Part shown: one piece after another, positions 1-9,163 of the stretch
Numbering within the stretch: the stretch's first letter is position 1
How the letters are laid out: each line of letters starts with the position of its first letter
Assembly (NCBI GenBank): GCA_963668435.2
Contig: CAXXSC010000008.1
Span: 1,427,476 to 1,491,475, forward strand
Direction of reading: 5' to 3'
Source of the DNA: Candidatus Latescibacterota bacterium
Lineage (GTDB): Bacteria; Latescibacterota; Latescibacteria; Latescibacterales; Latescibacteraceae
Length of the DNA: 64,000 bases
Program-made: the position numbers and the translations under genes
The notes under the pieces: generated by a model
Databases searched by the model: none
Told to the model about the DNA's origin: nothing
The model's input: the letters and a program-made list of their open reading frames with translations, nothing else

Positions 1-160
1 TAATCAAAAGGGCGCTTACAGGGAAAGTGAAAAACGTCCGTACCGGTGTAAAACAGCTCGCCACAGTGCGTTTTCCGTATTTCTGCATTGCGCAGTCGGG
101 CATTTCTGCCTACACTGTAATGGATAGTGAAAAGACAAACCGGCAGTATGGAGCGATAGA

Positions 161-472
161 ATGTACAACAAGCTGTGCGAACGATGTATCCACCACTGCA
201 AGCAGGATGAATCCGCAAAGATAATGCAGTGCCCGCGTTTTCAGAAACGTCTGACCGACAACGAGTTCAAGGACCTGATCGATGAACTGGACACCATGGA
301 GACAAAGGCAACTGAATTGAGAAAACGCACCCGCGAACTGATCCGCATAGCCCAGAACGCGGAAAGCGATGACAGCGATGAAAACACAGAAGTGTTGAAC
401 GAGCCTCAGCCGGAAGAAGTTATCGACAATGACTCTGAAACAGAAGATCATCCGGCGAAGGATAACGAATGA
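161..472 (+). CDS. hypothetical small protein with a Cys-containing N-terminus and an acidic tail
   Basis: 103-codon ORF just upstream of the first epimerase-like gene. It has a CERCIHHC...C pattern, a helical-looking middle and a D/E/S-rich C-terminus. No family recognised. The start is uncertain (internal Met at MQCPRF). Confidence 0.35.
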   Translation: MYNKLCERCIHHCKQDESAKIMQCPRFQKRLTDNEFKDLIDELDTMETKATELRKRTRELIRIAQNAESDDSDENTEVLNEPQPEEVIDNDSETEDHPAKDNE

Positions 473-507
473 AGATACGGAAATAACTTCGATATACGAG
501 GTGCAGA

Positions 508-1839
508 ATGAACAGACGGGGATTCATCACAACATCGGCTGTGGCGGCGGCCATGACAGGCGTTTCCGGCTGCAAGGTTGAAAAAATACAGAAAGACGAA
601 CCCTCCGCAAAAAAAGCCGCGATCAGCACTCTTGCCGGACGGTCGCTCAGTGAGATCCGCGAGGAATACCGCTACTGGCTGATGGACGATTACATCCCGT
701 TCATCTATCAATACGTCTATGACCACGAAAAGGGCGGTTTCATGTGCAACACCGACCGTGACGGCACAAACAACTCGACAGGCAAAAGCGCCTGGTACGA
801 GGGCCGCGGCATCTGGGTGCATTCCTTCCTTTACAACAAGATCGAGGCCGACCCGCGTCATCTCGAGGTAGCGCGAAAATCCGTGGATTTCATCATGGGT
901 CACCGCCCGAAAGACGACAGTTTCTGGATCAGCGCCTACGACAGGGACGGCAATCCGAAAAGCGGACCCGGTGACATCTACGCAAGCCTTTTTATCGCCA
1001 ACGGCCTCGCGGAGTACTCGAAAGCCGCGGGCAACGAGGAATACTGGGATATCGCCAGACAGATCCTCCTTTCCTGCATGAAGCGCTATGACCGTGACGA
1101 TTATGATTACGCTGTCTATTACGGACCCTCGGAAAAGCATGAGAAACCGGCGCGGGTACTTGGGCACTGGATGGTGCTGATCAGGATGGCGACCCAGATG
1201 CTGGAAAATCGCAGCGATCCCGAGATCGAGAAGCTTGCCGGCCGTTTTGTCGACGCTATAATGAAACACCACTTCAATCCCGATTACGGTCTCATGAACG
1301 AGGTGATGAAACATGATCTCACACGTGCCGAACCGCCCTATGACCAGTTTTCATACACCGGCCACGCTATCGAAACGCTCTGGATGCTGATGTACGAGGC
1401 TGCCCGCAAAAAGGACAGCGCCCTTTATAACGATACCTGCGACATGTTCCGCCGTCATGTGGAAGTTGCCTGGGACGATGTTTACGGCGGCTGTTTCCGC
1501 TGCCTCGACAACGTGGATGCCTATACATGGAAGACCGACAAGGTGCTCTGGCTTCAGGAGGAGGTGCTGATCGGCACGCTGTTCATGATCGAACACAGCG
1601 GCGACCCGTGGGCGGTCGAATGGTTCGACAGGATGTACAATTATGTCATGGATAAATTCCCACTGAAACAATATGGTTACTCGCTCTGGCTTCTCGGCGG
1701 CGACAGGAAAGTCACATTCACACCGGGCAAAGCAGGCCGTGTGGGCAATTTCCACCATCCACGCCACCTTATGCTGAACCTGCTCGCCCTCGACCGTATC
1801 ATCAAAAATGGGGGCGCGGCATCCGGGCTTTTCGGCTGA
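508..1839 (+). CDS. AGE-superfamily (N-acylglucosamine 2-epimerase-like, alpha/alpha-6 barrel) protein with a Tat signal and lipobox, paralog 1
   Basis: N-terminus is MNRRGFITTSAVAAAMTGVSGC (twin-arginine RRxFI plus lipobox VSGC). AGE-type motifs present: HEKGGFMCNTDRDGT, WYEGRGIW, GHAIETLWM, WDDVYGG, VLWLQEE, GNFHHPRHLM. Confidence 0.8.
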   Translation: MNRRGFITTSAVAAAMTGVSGCKVEKIQKDEPSAKKAAISTLAGRSLSEIREEYRYWLMDDYIPFIYQYVYDHEKGGFMCNTDRDGTNNSTGKSAWYEGRGIWVHSFLYNKIEADPRHLEVARKSVDFIMGHRPKDDSFWISAYDRDGNPKSGPGDIYASLFIANGLAEYSKAAGNEEYWDIARQILLSCMKRYDRDDYDYAVYYGPSEKHEKPARVLGHWMVLIRMATQMLENRSDPEIEKLAGRFVDAIMKHHFNPDYGLMNEVMKHDLTRAEPPYDQFSYTGHAIETLWMLMYEAARKKDSALYNDTCDMFRRHVEVAWDDVYGGCFRCLDNVDAYTWKTDKVLWLQEEVLIGTLFMIEHSGDPWAVEWFDRMYNYVMDKFPLKQYGYSLWLLGGDRKVTFTPGKAGRVGNFHHPRHLMLNLLALDRIIKNGGAASGLFG

Positions 1840-1906
1840 ATAATCGAGAATTTTAAATCCAAACATGACATGAACTGATTTTCCACTCATTTTCACGGGA
1901 AAGACA

Positions 1907-3235
1907 ATGAAACGCAGATCATTTCTCAATACAGCGCCTGCTGCGGCCCTTGCGGTTTCCGGCTGCGGCAAGGTCGAGGAAATCAAACATTCGCAGGCAG
2001 CACCGGAGATCACACTTGCCGGTAAAAGCCTCAGCGATCTACGCGACGAGTACCGCTACTGGCTTTTCGAAGATTTCCTGCCATTTCTGGAAAAACATGT
2101 GGTCGATCACGAATACGGCGGTTTTATGTGCAATACCGACCGTGACGGCACCAATATCACGCAGGACAAGCGCGGCTGGTACGAAGGCCGCGGCATCTGG
2201 GTGTATTCATTCCTCTACAACAATTTCGGCAGAGAGAAAAAGTGGCTTGAAATTGCCGAAAAATCAGTGAATTTCATCATGCGCCACGATCCCGGCAGAA
2301 AAAAACTCTGGCCCGAACATTTCACGCGGGAAGGAGAACTGAACGGTCCGCATGACAGCCGAGGTTACGGCAGTCTGTTTATCGCCAACGGCCTTTCTGA
2401 ATTCGCCGTCGCGACAGGAGATACGAGCTACCGGACACGGGCCAGGGAAATACTCCTTGATTTCGTCGAATATTACGACCGGCCGTCCTATGCACCCGGC
2501 GCAGCGAGAGGGCCGCTTGGCAATACAGCCCCCCTTCTGCCCGGAGCCCGCGTACTGGGCGTCTGGATGGTAATTATCCGCCTCACGACACAGATGCTGA
2601 CCCATGAATACGATGCCGACCTCAAAGCTGTGAACGATCGTTGTATCGAGGCAATCAGGAAATTCCATTTCAATCCAGAATTCGACCTTCTGAACGAGGT
2701 CATCAATCACGACATGACACGTCCCGACAATGAAATCTCGCAACTGTCATATCTCGGGCACGCCATCGAGACACTCTGGATGCTGATGGCCGAGGCGGTC
2801 AGACGCAAAGACAAGGAGCTGTATTTCACCGCCGCGGAATGGTTTCATCATCACGTGGAGGTCGCGTGGGACGATGTCTATGGCGGCATATTCCATTCGC
2901 TGAAACATGTCAACGACAACATATTCGACACGAAGAACAAGGTGCTCTGGGCACAGGAGGAGGTCCTTGTCGGCGCACTCTCGATGGTGGAACATATCGG
3001 CGAGGATTGGGCGCGGGAATGGTTCGGCAGGATGTATGACTACGTTCTCGACAAGTTCCCACTCGCGCAGTACGGTTTCCCGATCTGGAATCTCGCCGCG
3101 GACAGGAAAGTGACCTTTGTGAGGAATTATTCGAGGATCGGTAATTTCCACCATCCGCGTCACCTGATGCTGAATATCCTGGCACTCGACCGCATGATAG
3201 AAAGAAACGGCGCGGTTTCAGACGTTTTTGCCTGA
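1907..3235 (+). CDS. AGE-superfamily protein with a Tat signal and lipobox, paralog 2
   Basis: N-terminus is MKRRSFLNTAPAAALAVSGC. Carries the same motif set as paralog 1 (HEYGGFMCNTDRDGT, WYEGRGIW, GHAIETLWM, WDDVYGG, VLWAQEE, GNFHHPRHLM). Confidence 0.8.
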   Translation: MKRRSFLNTAPAAALAVSGCGKVEEIKHSQAAPEITLAGKSLSDLRDEYRYWLFEDFLPFLEKHVVDHEYGGFMCNTDRDGTNITQDKRGWYEGRGIWVYSFLYNNFGREKKWLEIAEKSVNFIMRHDPGRKKLWPEHFTREGELNGPHDSRGYGSLFIANGLSEFAVATGDTSYRTRAREILLDFVEYYDRPSYAPGAARGPLGNTAPLLPGARVLGVWMVIIRLTTQMLTHEYDADLKAVNDRCIEAIRKFHFNPEFDLLNEVINHDMTRPDNEISQLSYLGHAIETLWMLMAEAVRRKDKELYFTAAEWFHHHVEVAWDDVYGGIFHSLKHVNDNIFDTKNKVLWAQEEVLVGALSMVEHIGEDWAREWFGRMYDYVLDKFPLAQYGFPIWNLAADRKVTFVRNYSRIGNFHHPRHLMLNILALDRMIERNGAVSDVFA

Positions 3236-3455
3236 GCATCCGAACTTGCCGTATACAGGAGATAATGTCCACTCAGATTTCGGCGCCAACCGGAACATTA
3301 TGCGCTGAGACAATGAAACTTGCGGCTGGCGGAATCAATGCGTATCATTATGTCATTGAACAGGATACCGTACTCATCCCATATGCCGGGGAGAAGAGAG
3401 AACTGATTTGAAAAATATGAGTAACGAATAGATCCCATCACACGTGGAGGTCAGC

Positions 3456-4790
3456 ATGAAACGCAGACAGTTTTTCGGCACCGGGGCTCTTGCAGGCGCT
3501 GCAGCGGCAGGACTTTCCTGTGCACAGCAGGCACCGGAACAGACATCAGCGGGCCCGTCGGCCACCGACAATAACGGGCATCTTGCCGGTAAAACGCTCG
3601 TGGAACTCAGGGAGGAACATCGTTACTGGCTGTATGAAGATTATCTGCCGTTCCTCGACAAGTACGTAATCGACAGTGAATACGGCGGTTTCATGTGCAA
3701 CACCGACCGCGACGGTACCAATCTCAATAAAGACAAGCGTACCTGGTTCGAGGGCCGCGGCATCTGGGTGGCCTCTTATTTCAACAATAAGGTGGAAAAG
3801 AATCCGCACCAGGTGGAAATTGCCCGGAAATCGGTCGAGTTCATCCTGAAACACAACCCGACCGGCCCAGAGCTCATGCCGGTGGGATACACACGCGAAG
3901 GCAAGCCGCTCAAAAACGAGCCTGATCCCATTTTCTACGGCGACATGTTTGTGGCGAACGGATTCCAGGAATATTCAGAGGCCTCGGGCGAGGAGAAATA
4001 CTGGGATACAGCGAAAACGATCGTCAAAAAATGCCTCGATATCTATGACAACCGCAAGGGCTATGGCAGCATGCCAGCCACTGACACGCTTCCGGCAGTC
4101 GAAAGCCCCCGCATGCTCGGTCACTGGTTCGTCCTTCTGCGCTGCACGACTCAGATGCTGGAAAAACGCGATGATCCGGAGCTCAAAGCAATCAACGACC
4201 GCTGCATCGAGGCAATCATGGACCGTCACCACAACCCGGCCTACGATTTGATCAACGAATACATCAACCACGACATGAGCCGTATCGATAACGACCGTGG
4301 CCAGGTTGTCGTGGGGCACGCACCGGAAACACTGTGGATGGTGCTGTTCGAGGCTGTCCGCCGCAAGGACAAGACACTCTTCGACCGTGCCGCAGCCTCA
4401 CTGAAACGCCACATCGAGGTCATGTGGGACGATGTCTACGGCGGCCTGTTCACAAGCCTCAACCATGTAGACCGCAATGAGTGGAGCACCGGCAAGGCGC
4501 TCTGGCTTCAGGAGGAGATATTGATCGGCACACTCTGCATCATCGAACATACCGGCGCCGAATGGGCAAAAGAATGGTTCTCGCGGATGTACACATATGT
4601 CATGGATAAGTATCCGCTGAAACAGTATGGCTACCCGCTCTGGATCATCTACGCGGACAGAAAAGTCACGTTCGAAGAGCATACCAACCGTGTCGGCAAT
4701 TTCCATCACCCCCGTCAGCTGATGACAAACATGAAGGCACTCGACCGCATGATAGAACGGGGCGGAAAGATTTCTGGGCATTTCGGGTAG
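3456..4790 (+). CDS. AGE-superfamily protein with a Tat signal and lipobox, paralog 3
   Basis: Start moved from the track's GTG at 3444 to the ATG at 3456, which follows GGAGG. N-terminus is MKRRQFFGTGALAGAAAAGLSC. Motifs: SEYGGFMCNTDRDGT, WFEGRGIW, GHAPETLWM, WDDVYGG, ALWLQEE, GNFHHPRQLM. Confidence 0.8.
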   Translation: MKRRQFFGTGALAGAAAAGLSCAQQAPEQTSAGPSATDNNGHLAGKTLVELREEHRYWLYEDYLPFLDKYVIDSEYGGFMCNTDRDGTNLNKDKRTWFEGRGIWVASYFNNKVEKNPHQVEIARKSVEFILKHNPTGPELMPVGYTREGKPLKNEPDPIFYGDMFVANGFQEYSEASGEEKYWDTAKTIVKKCLDIYDNRKGYGSMPATDTLPAVESPRMLGHWFVLLRCTTQMLEKRDDPELKAINDRCIEAIMDRHHNPAYDLINEYINHDMSRIDNDRGQVVVGHAPETLWMVLFEAVRRKDKTLFDRAAASLKRHIEVMWDDVYGGLFTSLNHVDRNEWSTGKALWLQEEILIGTLCIIEHTGAEWAKEWFSRMYTYVMDKYPLKQYGYPLWIIYADRKVTFEEHTNRVGNFHHPRQLMTNMKALDRMIERGGKISGHFG

Positions 4791-4811
4791 GAAAAACCGC
4801 AAACGCAGCAT

Positions 4812-4846
4812 AAAAAAGAGAGGGCTTTATTGTCCTCTCTTTTTTA
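4812..4846 (+). terminator. rho-independent terminator after the third epimerase-like gene
   Basis: Stem AAGAGAGG / CCTCTCTT around a ~10-nt loop, followed by a T-run, about 20 nt after the TAG stop. Confidence 0.7.
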
Positions 4847-5074
4847 TCTCACATATTTTTCATTAAGGGTATCTTAAAGCTTCACACACAGGTAAAAACG
4901 TAATTAACAGAGCTGCTCTCAATATTTACAGACCGGAGAGGCTCATTCATTTTCTCTACTGTTTTCTGCAAGTAATGAAGCGATATTTTGTAAGTTTTCA
5001 TCAATGCTGGTCAGCTTGTTTTCAATTATATCTATTTTGAAGTACCACAGAACTGGTTTTCTTATAAGTACTAT

Positions 5075-5083
5075 GAAAAGAAT
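5075..5083. repeat. left copy of the 9-bp target-site duplication GAAAAGAAT
   Basis: An identical 9-mer directly abuts both inverted repeats of the IS4-family element (second copy at 6400..6408). Confidence 0.85.
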
Positions 5084-6399
5084 CAGTAGTGTCCCAACGT
5101 TATAAATTAAAAACCATGTAAAGAATTGATAATAAATATGATAGAAAAAAATAAGACCTGTATCGACTTGAAAAGTGTATTAAACTATGACCTGTCCTAT
5201 AGCAAAGGAGAGGTCGATGTATACAGGTCGTACGGTTTTTTCACAACTCATGGATATATTACCATGGAGACGATTTCAAACATGTGTTAAGCGGTATTCG
5301 GGCAACTATAAAGTAAAGGAGTTCACCTGTTCTGATCAATACCGCGTGATGGCTTTTGCTCAACTGACATATCGTGAAAGCTTGCGAGATATTGAAGCCT
5401 GTTTACGGGCAATGAACACCAAGCTGTACCACATGGGAATCAGAAGTACTATTTCCCGCAACACACTGGCACATGCAAACGAAACACGCGACTGGCGAAT
5501 CTATGCTGATTTTACACAGGTACTTATCGAGCATGCGAGAAAACTATATACTCATGAGCCGTTCGGTGTTGAGTTGGACCAGACAGTGTATGCGCTCGAT
5601 TCAACGACCATAGACTTGTGTTTGTCCGTATTCCCCTGGGCACAATTCCGAAAACGGAAAGGAGCGATCAAACTTCATACACTCTTGAATCTGCATGGAA
5701 ATATTCCGGTATTGGCAATTATCACACATGGCAAAGTCCATGATGTAACGATTATCGACAGTTTACTTCCGGAAGCAGGTGCATTGTATATCATGGATCG
5801 CGCTTACATAGATTTTGACCGGCTTCACTGTATTCATAACGCAAATGCGTTCTTCATTACCCGAGCAAAAAAGAACCTGCAATTCAAACGAGTGTATTCA
5901 CATGTTATCGATAAATCAACCGGACTTAAATGTGACCAAACCGTTGTTCTAAAAGGATATTATACACAACAAAAGTACTGTGACAAACTACGACGAATCC
6001 GATTCTATGACTCAAAAAAAGGTAAGAATCTGGTCTTTCTGACTAATAATTTTGACCTACCTGCTTTGACCATTACAGAGTTATATCGTTGCCGCTGGCA
6101 AATTGAACTGTTTTTCAAATGGATCAAGCAGCACCTGAGAATCAAATCATTTTATGGCACATCTGAAAATGCTGTCAAATCTCAAATATGGATTGCTATA
6201 TCTGTCTATTTATTAGTCGCCATCATGCGAAAAGAACTGAAAATCGACCTTAGTCTCTACACAATTCTACAGATTCTAAGTGTCTCGCTGTTTGAAAAAG
6301 GTCATATTTATCATATACTTACAGAAAACAACAATTCAATCGTGAACCATGAAAATCCTAACCAATTGAATTTATTTGACTAATGTTGGGACACTACTG
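5084..6399 (+). mobile_element. IS4-family insertion sequence, 1316 bp, apparently intact
   Basis: Terminal inverted repeats are CAGTAGTGTCCCAACGTTA (5084..5102) and TAATGTTGGGACACTACTG (6381..6399), matching at 18 of 19 positions. It contains a single DDE transposase ORF and is flanked by a perfect 9-bp direct repeat. Confidence 0.85.
5217..6383 (+). CDS. IS4-family DDE transposase
   Basis: Start placed at the ATG after AAGGAGAG (the track starts at 5187). N-terminal MYTGRTVFSQLMD...RRF segment is typical of this transposase group. DDE candidates: YALDSTTIDL, IMDRAYIDF and the Y-x2-R-x3-E-x6-K signature YRCRWQIELFFKWIK. Confidence 0.85.
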   Translation: MYTGRTVFSQLMDILPWRRFQTCVKRYSGNYKVKEFTCSDQYRVMAFAQLTYRESLRDIEACLRAMNTKLYHMGIRSTISRNTLAHANETRDWRIYADFTQVLIEHARKLYTHEPFGVELDQTVYALDSTTIDLCLSVFPWAQFRKRKGAIKLHTLLNLHGNIPVLAIITHGKVHDVTIIDSLLPEAGALYIMDRAYIDFDRLHCIHNANAFFITRAKKNLQFKRVYSHVIDKSTGLKCDQTVVLKGYYTQQKYCDKLRRIRFYDSKKGKNLVFLTNNFDLPALTITELYRCRWQIELFFKWIKQHLRIKSFYGTSENAVKSQIWIAISVYLLVAIMRKELKIDLSLYTILQILSVSLFEKGHIYHILTENNNSIVNHENPNQLNLFD

Positions 6400-6408
6400 G
6401 AAAAGAAT
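6400..6408. repeat. right copy of the 9-bp target-site duplication GAAAAGAAT
   Basis: See 5075..5083. Confidence 0.85.
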
Positions 6409-6714
6409 ATATAATAGAAGTCCAAGGAATGGTGTTGTCGAGTAGTATAAATAATAATGAATGAATGTGATAAATGGTGAAAAAAATGTGGGAAAGAGCG
6501 GGAAATGACGGGATTAAGTGGGATAAAATGAAAATGATTTTAACTATTTTAAAATGATTTTTGACCCGATTACAGCCAAATTTACACTTTATTATTTTCT
6601 CCAAACAATGATAATTGCGGAAGGCGTTTTGTAGCGAGAATCTGACGAACTTGTTTTTCAGAAAGGTTGTGTTTTGTAAGTCGTCAGAACATTCTGGACA
6701 CATGTAGTTAAAAA

Positions 6715-7731
6715 TTAAGGTGTACTTTTCTCATACAGCAAGTGTTTTCTGATACCTCCTTTCCCCAGGTTATAATCCCTCCTGAGTTTCAGCGTTTCAC
6801 GTTTTATTTTATCCCGCAGATTGAGACAATCCCGTTTCCTTCCGAAGTACACGTCAGCAGGAGTCAGGTTATTAAGTGACTCGTGATAGCGGTGATTATT
6901 GTAGTGATCAACGAAGTCGCCGATTTCCTGTTCCAGTTCACCAGGAAGGTAATAATTCAGCAAGTTGACGACATTCTTCAGTGAGCGGTGATAGCGCTCT
7001 ATCTTGCCCTGTGTCTGAGGATGATAGCGAGCGCCACGAGTATGGGACATATCCCTTTCTTCAAGGTACTCCTTCAGATCACGGGATAGATAACAGGGCC
7101 CGTTATCCGAGAGCAGTCTGGGCCTGTGCCGGACTTTCACACTATCGATACCGGCTTTTTCTCTCGCCATATCAAGTGTATCCATTACATCAAGGGCAGC
7201 CATAGTTGTCGTGAGCTTCCATGCCAGGATATACCGTGAATAATCGTCCATGACGGTGGAGAGATAGTACCATCCCCAGCCGACTATCCTGAAGTATGAG
7301 AAGTCGGTCTGCCAGAGCTCATGCACCTCTTTCGTCGGACGCTTGAACGTATCGGCAGCCGATATCACGATGTACGCCGGACTCGTGATCAGATCATAGG
7401 ACTTGAGTATCCGGTAGACACTCGACTCGGAGATGTAATAACCGTAGCTGTCAGTAATATGCCATGCCAGCTCCCGTGGCGACTTATCGGGAAGCTCAAG
7501 GGCAATAGCTACCACCTGGTCTTTCACCGGGGCAGGTATCCTGTTCCAGAACTTTTTCGGACGGGGTTTCCTGTCGGCAAGGCCATCATAGCCATCTTCC
7601 GCGTATTTTCGATACCATGCGTAAAAGGTGCTACGGTTAATAGCAAGCTCTCGCAAGGTCTGGCTTATCGACAGCGCCGATTCCTCTACCAGCCTGATTA
7701 CCTCCATTTTTTCAGCCTGTGAATATCGCAT
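6715..7731 (-). CDS. IS3-family transposase OrfB (HTH plus rve integrase core)
   Basis: N-terminal HTH region (SISQTLRELAINRSTFYAWYRKY). DDE core: WQTDFSYF, LLSDNGPCY, HPQTQGKIERYHRSLK. Confidence 0.85.
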   Translation of the reverse strand: MRYSQAEKMEVIRLVEESALSISQTLRELAINRSTFYAWYRKYAEDGYDGLADRKPRPKKFWNRIPAPVKDQVVAIALELPDKSPRELAWHITDSYGYYISESSVYRILKSYDLITSPAYIVISAADTFKRPTKEVHELWQTDFSYFRIVGWGWYYLSTVMDDYSRYILAWKLTTTMAALDVMDTLDMAREKAGIDSVKVRHRPRLLSDNGPCYLSRDLKEYLEERDMSHTRGARYHPQTQGKIERYHRSLKNVVNLLNYYLPGELEQEIGDFVDHYNNHRYHESLNNLTPADVYFGRKRDCLNLRDKIKRETLKLRRDYNLGKGGIRKHLLYEKSTP

Positions 7732-7745
7732 ATACCGTCCGACCT

Positions 7746-8093
7746 CTATTCCATACCATGCAAACTTTTTTTAAGCACACGGTTCTTCAGCGACAACTCG
7801 GCTACCAATTGCTTGAGCTGGTCGTTCTCCTGCTTGAGGTCTGTCACCTCCGTGCTCGTTGCCTCCCGCTGCGTGTCACCCAGAAGCCGTTTCTTTCCAG
7901 CTTCAAGGAAGTCTTTGCTCCAACGGTAATACAGGTTCGGATTAATTCCTTCACGGCGGCAGATCGCGGCTATGCTCTCTTCACCACGCAGCCCTTCAAG
8001 AACAATGCTGATCTTCTCCTCGGCAGTGTATTTCTTCCGGGTTTTCCGCTTGATATCACGGACGATACTTTCTGAATCTTTCCTGGCAGGCAT
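7746..8093 (-). CDS. IS3-family transposase OrfA (HTH and leucine-zipper-like)
   Basis: KYTAEEKISIVLEGLRGEESIAAICRREGINPNLYYRWSK followed by a coiled-coil tail. It ends 14 nt before OrfB, which has its own ATG, so the ORFs do not overlap. Confidence 0.85.
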   Translation of the reverse strand: MPARKDSESIVRDIKRKTRKKYTAEEKISIVLEGLRGEESIAAICRREGINPNLYYRWSKDFLEAGKKRLLGDTQREATSTEVTDLKQENDQLKQLVAELSLKNRVLKKSLHGME

Positions 8094-8323
8094 CTGGACA
8101 TTCCTTTCTTCCCCGTTGTCGTGTCAACAGGATGGTACTGACTATAGGCAGAAAGGGCAAGTCATCCCTGATTCCCTCCGTTACGGCTACGCCTCCACTA
8201 CGGTAATCAGGCACCCACATCCAGCACCATACCATCTCTTAACTTAAAGGGGAAATCTGTCCAAATTGTTCTGACGGGATACAAATATACAAAGCCCGGC
8301 AACAAACGACAAGAGAGGTATTA

Positions 8324-9082
8324 ATGCTTAACGCTCCTATTTGCTGGATGGGTGGAAAGAGACGGCTCCGCAGTACTATCATTAATCGACTGCCTGAACA
8401 TACATGTTATACAGAAGTTTTTGGCGGTGCCGGATGGGTTTTATTTGGGAAAGAACCTTCAAAAGCAGAAGTGTACAACGATATCGACGGCGACCTCGCC
8501 AACTTATTCAATATCATCAAAACCGCACACAGAGCTTTCATCGAGGCATTCGATCTCATCCTTGTGAGTCGAAAGCTATTCCGTGATTTCATCAATACCG
8601 ATCCCGACGATTTGAATGAGGTTCAACGAGCGGTTCGGTTCTACTATCTTATCAAGACATCTTTCGGCGGGAAAGGGTATCACTTCGGATATTCAAAAAG
8701 GGACGCAGCGCGCCTTTCTCTACTTAATATCGATGAGACTATAAAAGAAATTCATGCGCGTCTGAAGGGTGTCTATATCGAGAATGAATCTTATGATAAA
8801 GTCATTACCCGATACGATGGCCCGCAAACAGTTTTCTACCTCGATCCGCCGTACTATCAGACTGCGACCTATCGCTTCACTTTGACATACGAAGATTATG
8901 AGCGCCTGGCCACAATTCTGGCCGCAATCGAAGGGCGTTTTCTTCTCTCAATAAATGACCACGAATCGATGCGTGAGGTTTTCAGCGATTACAATATAGA
9001 AGAGGTGAAAGTGGGGTACTCAGTCGGGCGGGTAAGCGAGTCGAGGCGGCAGTATGGCGAGCTGCTGATTTCAAATTATTAA
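8324..9082 (+). CDS. D12-class (Dam-like) N6-adenine DNA methyltransferase
   Basis: Motifs: WMGGKRRL, FGGAGWV (SAM motif I), NDIDGDLANLF, LDPPYYQT (catalytic DPPY). Confidence 0.85.
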   Translation: MLNAPICWMGGKRRLRSTIINRLPEHTCYTEVFGGAGWVLFGKEPSKAEVYNDIDGDLANLFNIIKTAHRAFIEAFDLILVSRKLFRDFINTDPDDLNEVQRAVRFYYLIKTSFGGKGYHFGYSKRDAARLSLLNIDETIKEIHARLKGVYIENESYDKVITRYDGPQTVFYLDPPYYQTATYRFTLTYEDYERLATILAAIEGRFLLSINDHESMREVFSDYNIEEVKVGYSVGRVSESRRQYGELLISNY

Positions 9083-9163
9083 AAGGGATTGCGTATGACG
9101 GTAAATTCTGTATACTACTACTTATGACCGGGGGGTCATCGGGCGGAAACAAGGAGGAGCAGG

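Larger units (their letters stand above)
6682..8276 (-). mobile_element. IS3-family insertion sequence (orfA plus orfB)
   Basis: Imperfect 19-bp terminal inverted repeats CGTCAGAACATTCTGGACA (6682..6700) and TGTCCAAATTGTTCTGACG (8258..8276) match at 17 of 19 positions and enclose both transposase ORFs. I could not see a flanking direct repeat, so the exact ends are less certain. Confidence 0.65.

Noticed and set aside
448-1314. 288-aa minus-strand ORF
   Set aside because: It lies entirely antisense to the first epimerase-like gene, which has strong family motifs. The translation is low-complexity and matches no motif. This is a shadow ORF typical of GC-rich codon third positions.
6380-6703. 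107-aa minus-strand ORF between the two IS elements
   Set aside because: Its start codon lies inside the IS3 inverted repeat and its end lies inside the IS4 inverted repeat, so it is created by the junctions. The intervening 282 bp is AT-rich and its translation is low-complexity. Removing the IS4 element only extends it by 17 codons and gives no recognisable protein.
5084-8276. The IS4 and IS3 elements acting as a composite transposon
   Set aside because: The two elements belong to different families with unrelated inverted repeats. They flank only 282 bp of non-coding DNA.
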